Origin: a virus
Taxonomy: Duplodnaviria; Caudoviricetes
IMG/VR virus record: IMGVR_UViG_3300037511_000519
Coordinates: 1-24,275 of that record
Strand: one strand, 5' to 3'
DNA length: 24,275 bases
Part shown: one piece after another, positions 22,904-24,275 of the stretch
How the letters are laid out: each line of letters opens with the position of its first letter
Numbering within the stretch: the stretch's first letter is position 1
The notes under the pieces: model-generated
Seen by the model: the letters and a program-made list of their open reading frames with translations, nothing else
What the model was told of the DNA's origin: nothing
The model's database searches: none
Position numbers and translations under genes: made by a program

Positions 22904-23329
22904 CTACTGCCCTCCGATGGCAAGCCGCGGGGCGGCGTCGATGACGAGCGGCTCGTCGAGGACGTGCACGGTCAGGTCGGTGTCCAGCCACAGCCGCGAG
23001 GCGGCCGCGCCCAGCTCGGGCGAGGTCGTATGGGGGACGCCGTGGGTCAGGTTCTCCAGCAGCAGTGCGGCCACCGACTCGTGCGGCAGCCAGTTGCGGT
23101 TCACCCAGTCCGGCCGGTGGGCGAGTAGCGCGATGATCTGCCGGGCCGTCGCCGGGCCCGGCCAGATCACGTCCCAGGCCACACCGCACTCGCCGCACAG
23201 GAACCCGGCGCCGTACTCCAGGCGGTCGGCGTTGCGGCAGAACGGGGTCCCGCACTCGGCGAGCCAGTGCCCCAGCTCGATCCGGGCGTGGATCGCCGTC
23301 GGTGCGGTCATGCGGATCAGCGCGGTCAT
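22904..23329 (-). CDS. Zn-ribbon protein in the tail module (paralog A)
   Basis: GHWLAECGTPFCRNA...FLCGECG...IWP...NRNWLPHESVAALLLEN. Confidence 0.8.
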   Translation of the reverse strand: MTALIRMTAPTAIHARIELGHWLAECGTPFCRNADRLEYGAGFLCGECGVAWDVIWPGPATARQIIALLAHRPDWVNRNWLPHESVAALLLENLTHGVPHTTSPELGAAASRLWLDTDLTVHVLDEPLVIDAAPRLAIGGQ

Positions 23330-23574
23330 TCGGGCCGCCAGTTCTGCTCCGACTCCGCCCGGCCCGCCATGTCGGCGTCCACGGTCGCCTTGTCGTCGGG
23401 CCACTCGATCGAAGCAACTGTCCCGCATCCGCCGTACTGATCCAGTCGCGGACCAGCGAGGAACCGGCAGCGGAACTCCTCCTGGCCGGGCTGCAACACC
23501 ATGGCGTTCGTGCAGGTGGGGCTGGGACAGTCGGCGAGCCAGCGGCCCCAATCGAGGCGTGCGATGGCCTTCAT
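23326..23574 (-). CDS. Zn-ribbon protein in the tail module (paralog B)
   Basis: GRWLADCPSPTCTNA...FRC...GCG...EWP...QNWRP; GGGAG RBS. Confidence 0.8.
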   Translation of the reverse strand: MKAIARLDWGRWLADCPSPTCTNAMVLQPGQEEFRCRFLAGPRLDQYGGCGTVASIEWPDDKATVDADMAGRAESEQNWRPE

Positions 23575-23588
23575 GTTCTTCTCCCGAA

Positions 23589-24275
23589 TCAGTAAGCGAA
23601 CATGCCCTGGTCGAAGCCCTGGCCGGCGGTGTCGAAGCGGAACATCGTCGCCGGGTTGTCGAGGCTGCCGCCGCCGAAGACGCCCTGGTCGAAGCCCTGC
23701 CCCGACGTGTCGAACGTGAAGACGTTGGTCGGGATCGGCTGGGCCTTCTCGACGCCGAACGTGGTCACGTGCTCCGTGCCGCCCTGGCCGACCGCGTGGG
23801 CGATCTGCTCGATGAAGCAATCGGAGTCCAGGCCGGTCAGCGACTCGGTCAGGTGGATGCGGTCGGACAGGTCCCGAGTCAGGCACTCCGTCAGCCGGGC
23901 CGCGTTCCCGGCGCCGCGCATCGTCACCTGCAACGTCGGCAGCCGCTCGGCGCGCTTGCCGATGATCAGCGACAGCACGGCGAGGGCGTCGTACTGGTTC
24001 GCCCACATCGGCAGCCGCGACTGGTCGAGCGACTTCGGCCCGTACTTCGCGACGGACTGCGCGTCCGTCACCGTGACCGTGACCGTCGGGGCCTGGATCG
24101 CCTGCGCGCGGAGTTGGAGATTCTGCACGACCGCCCCGCCGACCGAGGTCAGCGTGATCATCGTCGACTGCCCGGAGGTCTGCGACAGGCCCACCGTCAC
24201 CGCGCCGGACACGAGGTTGAAGTCGGTGCCGGCAACCGGGGTGACGGCGTTGATGAACGGCGATGAGGCGCCGGC
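23589..24275 (-). CDS. Minor tail protein, C-terminal part (5' end outside the window)
   Basis: Frame open to the window edge; DAQSVAKYG, DLSDRIHL, FIEQIAH; terminal repeat F.FDT.GQGFDQG.F twice. Confidence 0.8.
   Translation of the reverse strand, partial: AGASSPFINAVTPVAGTDFNLVSGAVTVGLSQTSGQSTMITLTSVGGAVVQNLQLRAQAIQAPTVTVTVTDAQSVAKYGPKSLDQSRLPMWANQYDALAVLSLIIGKRAERLPTLQVTMRGAGNAARLTECLTRDLSDRIHLTESLTGLDSDCFIEQIAHAVGQGGTEHVTTFGVEKAQPIPTNVFTFDTSGQGFDQGVFGGGSLDNPATMFRFDTAGQGFDQGMFAY

Noticed and set aside
23599-23722. Direct repeat GCCCTGGTCGAAGCCCTG at the tail gene end as a diversity-generating template/variable pair
   Set aside because: Explained by an in-frame peptide repeat (GQGFDQG); no reverse transcriptase in the window

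Overview
High-GC actinobacterial temperate phage (host lineage inferred, Micromonosporaceae-like), shown reverse-complemented so that nearly all genes lie on the - strand. In - strand order, from 24275 towards 1: end of the tail module; lysis cassette (endolysin, membrane proteins, holin); accessory region (AlpA-like HTH gene followed by a tRNA-shaped RNA with a 65-nt insert); short tyrosine integrase and a divergent XRE repressor/Cro switch; a long translationally coupled early operon (structured-RNA array, PD-(D/E)XK nuclease, ERF recombinase, ArsR regulator, many small genes); a replication initiator with six internal iterons; a Gp37Gp68 radical-SAM-like protein; a Zn/HTH regulator; and an HNH endonuclease next to a probable cos region. 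Phage genes flank the integrase on both sides, which fits the unintegrated gene order. The most notable signals are non-coding: a hairpin array with a P4 CI / P1 C4-like antisense RNA and matching target hairpins (14894-15150, 16233-16287), the tRNA-scaffold RNA (19892-20022), a leader-peptide/hairpin switch ahead of the replication gene, and three LexA-box-like sites. All family calls come from motif recognition by eye, with no database searches.
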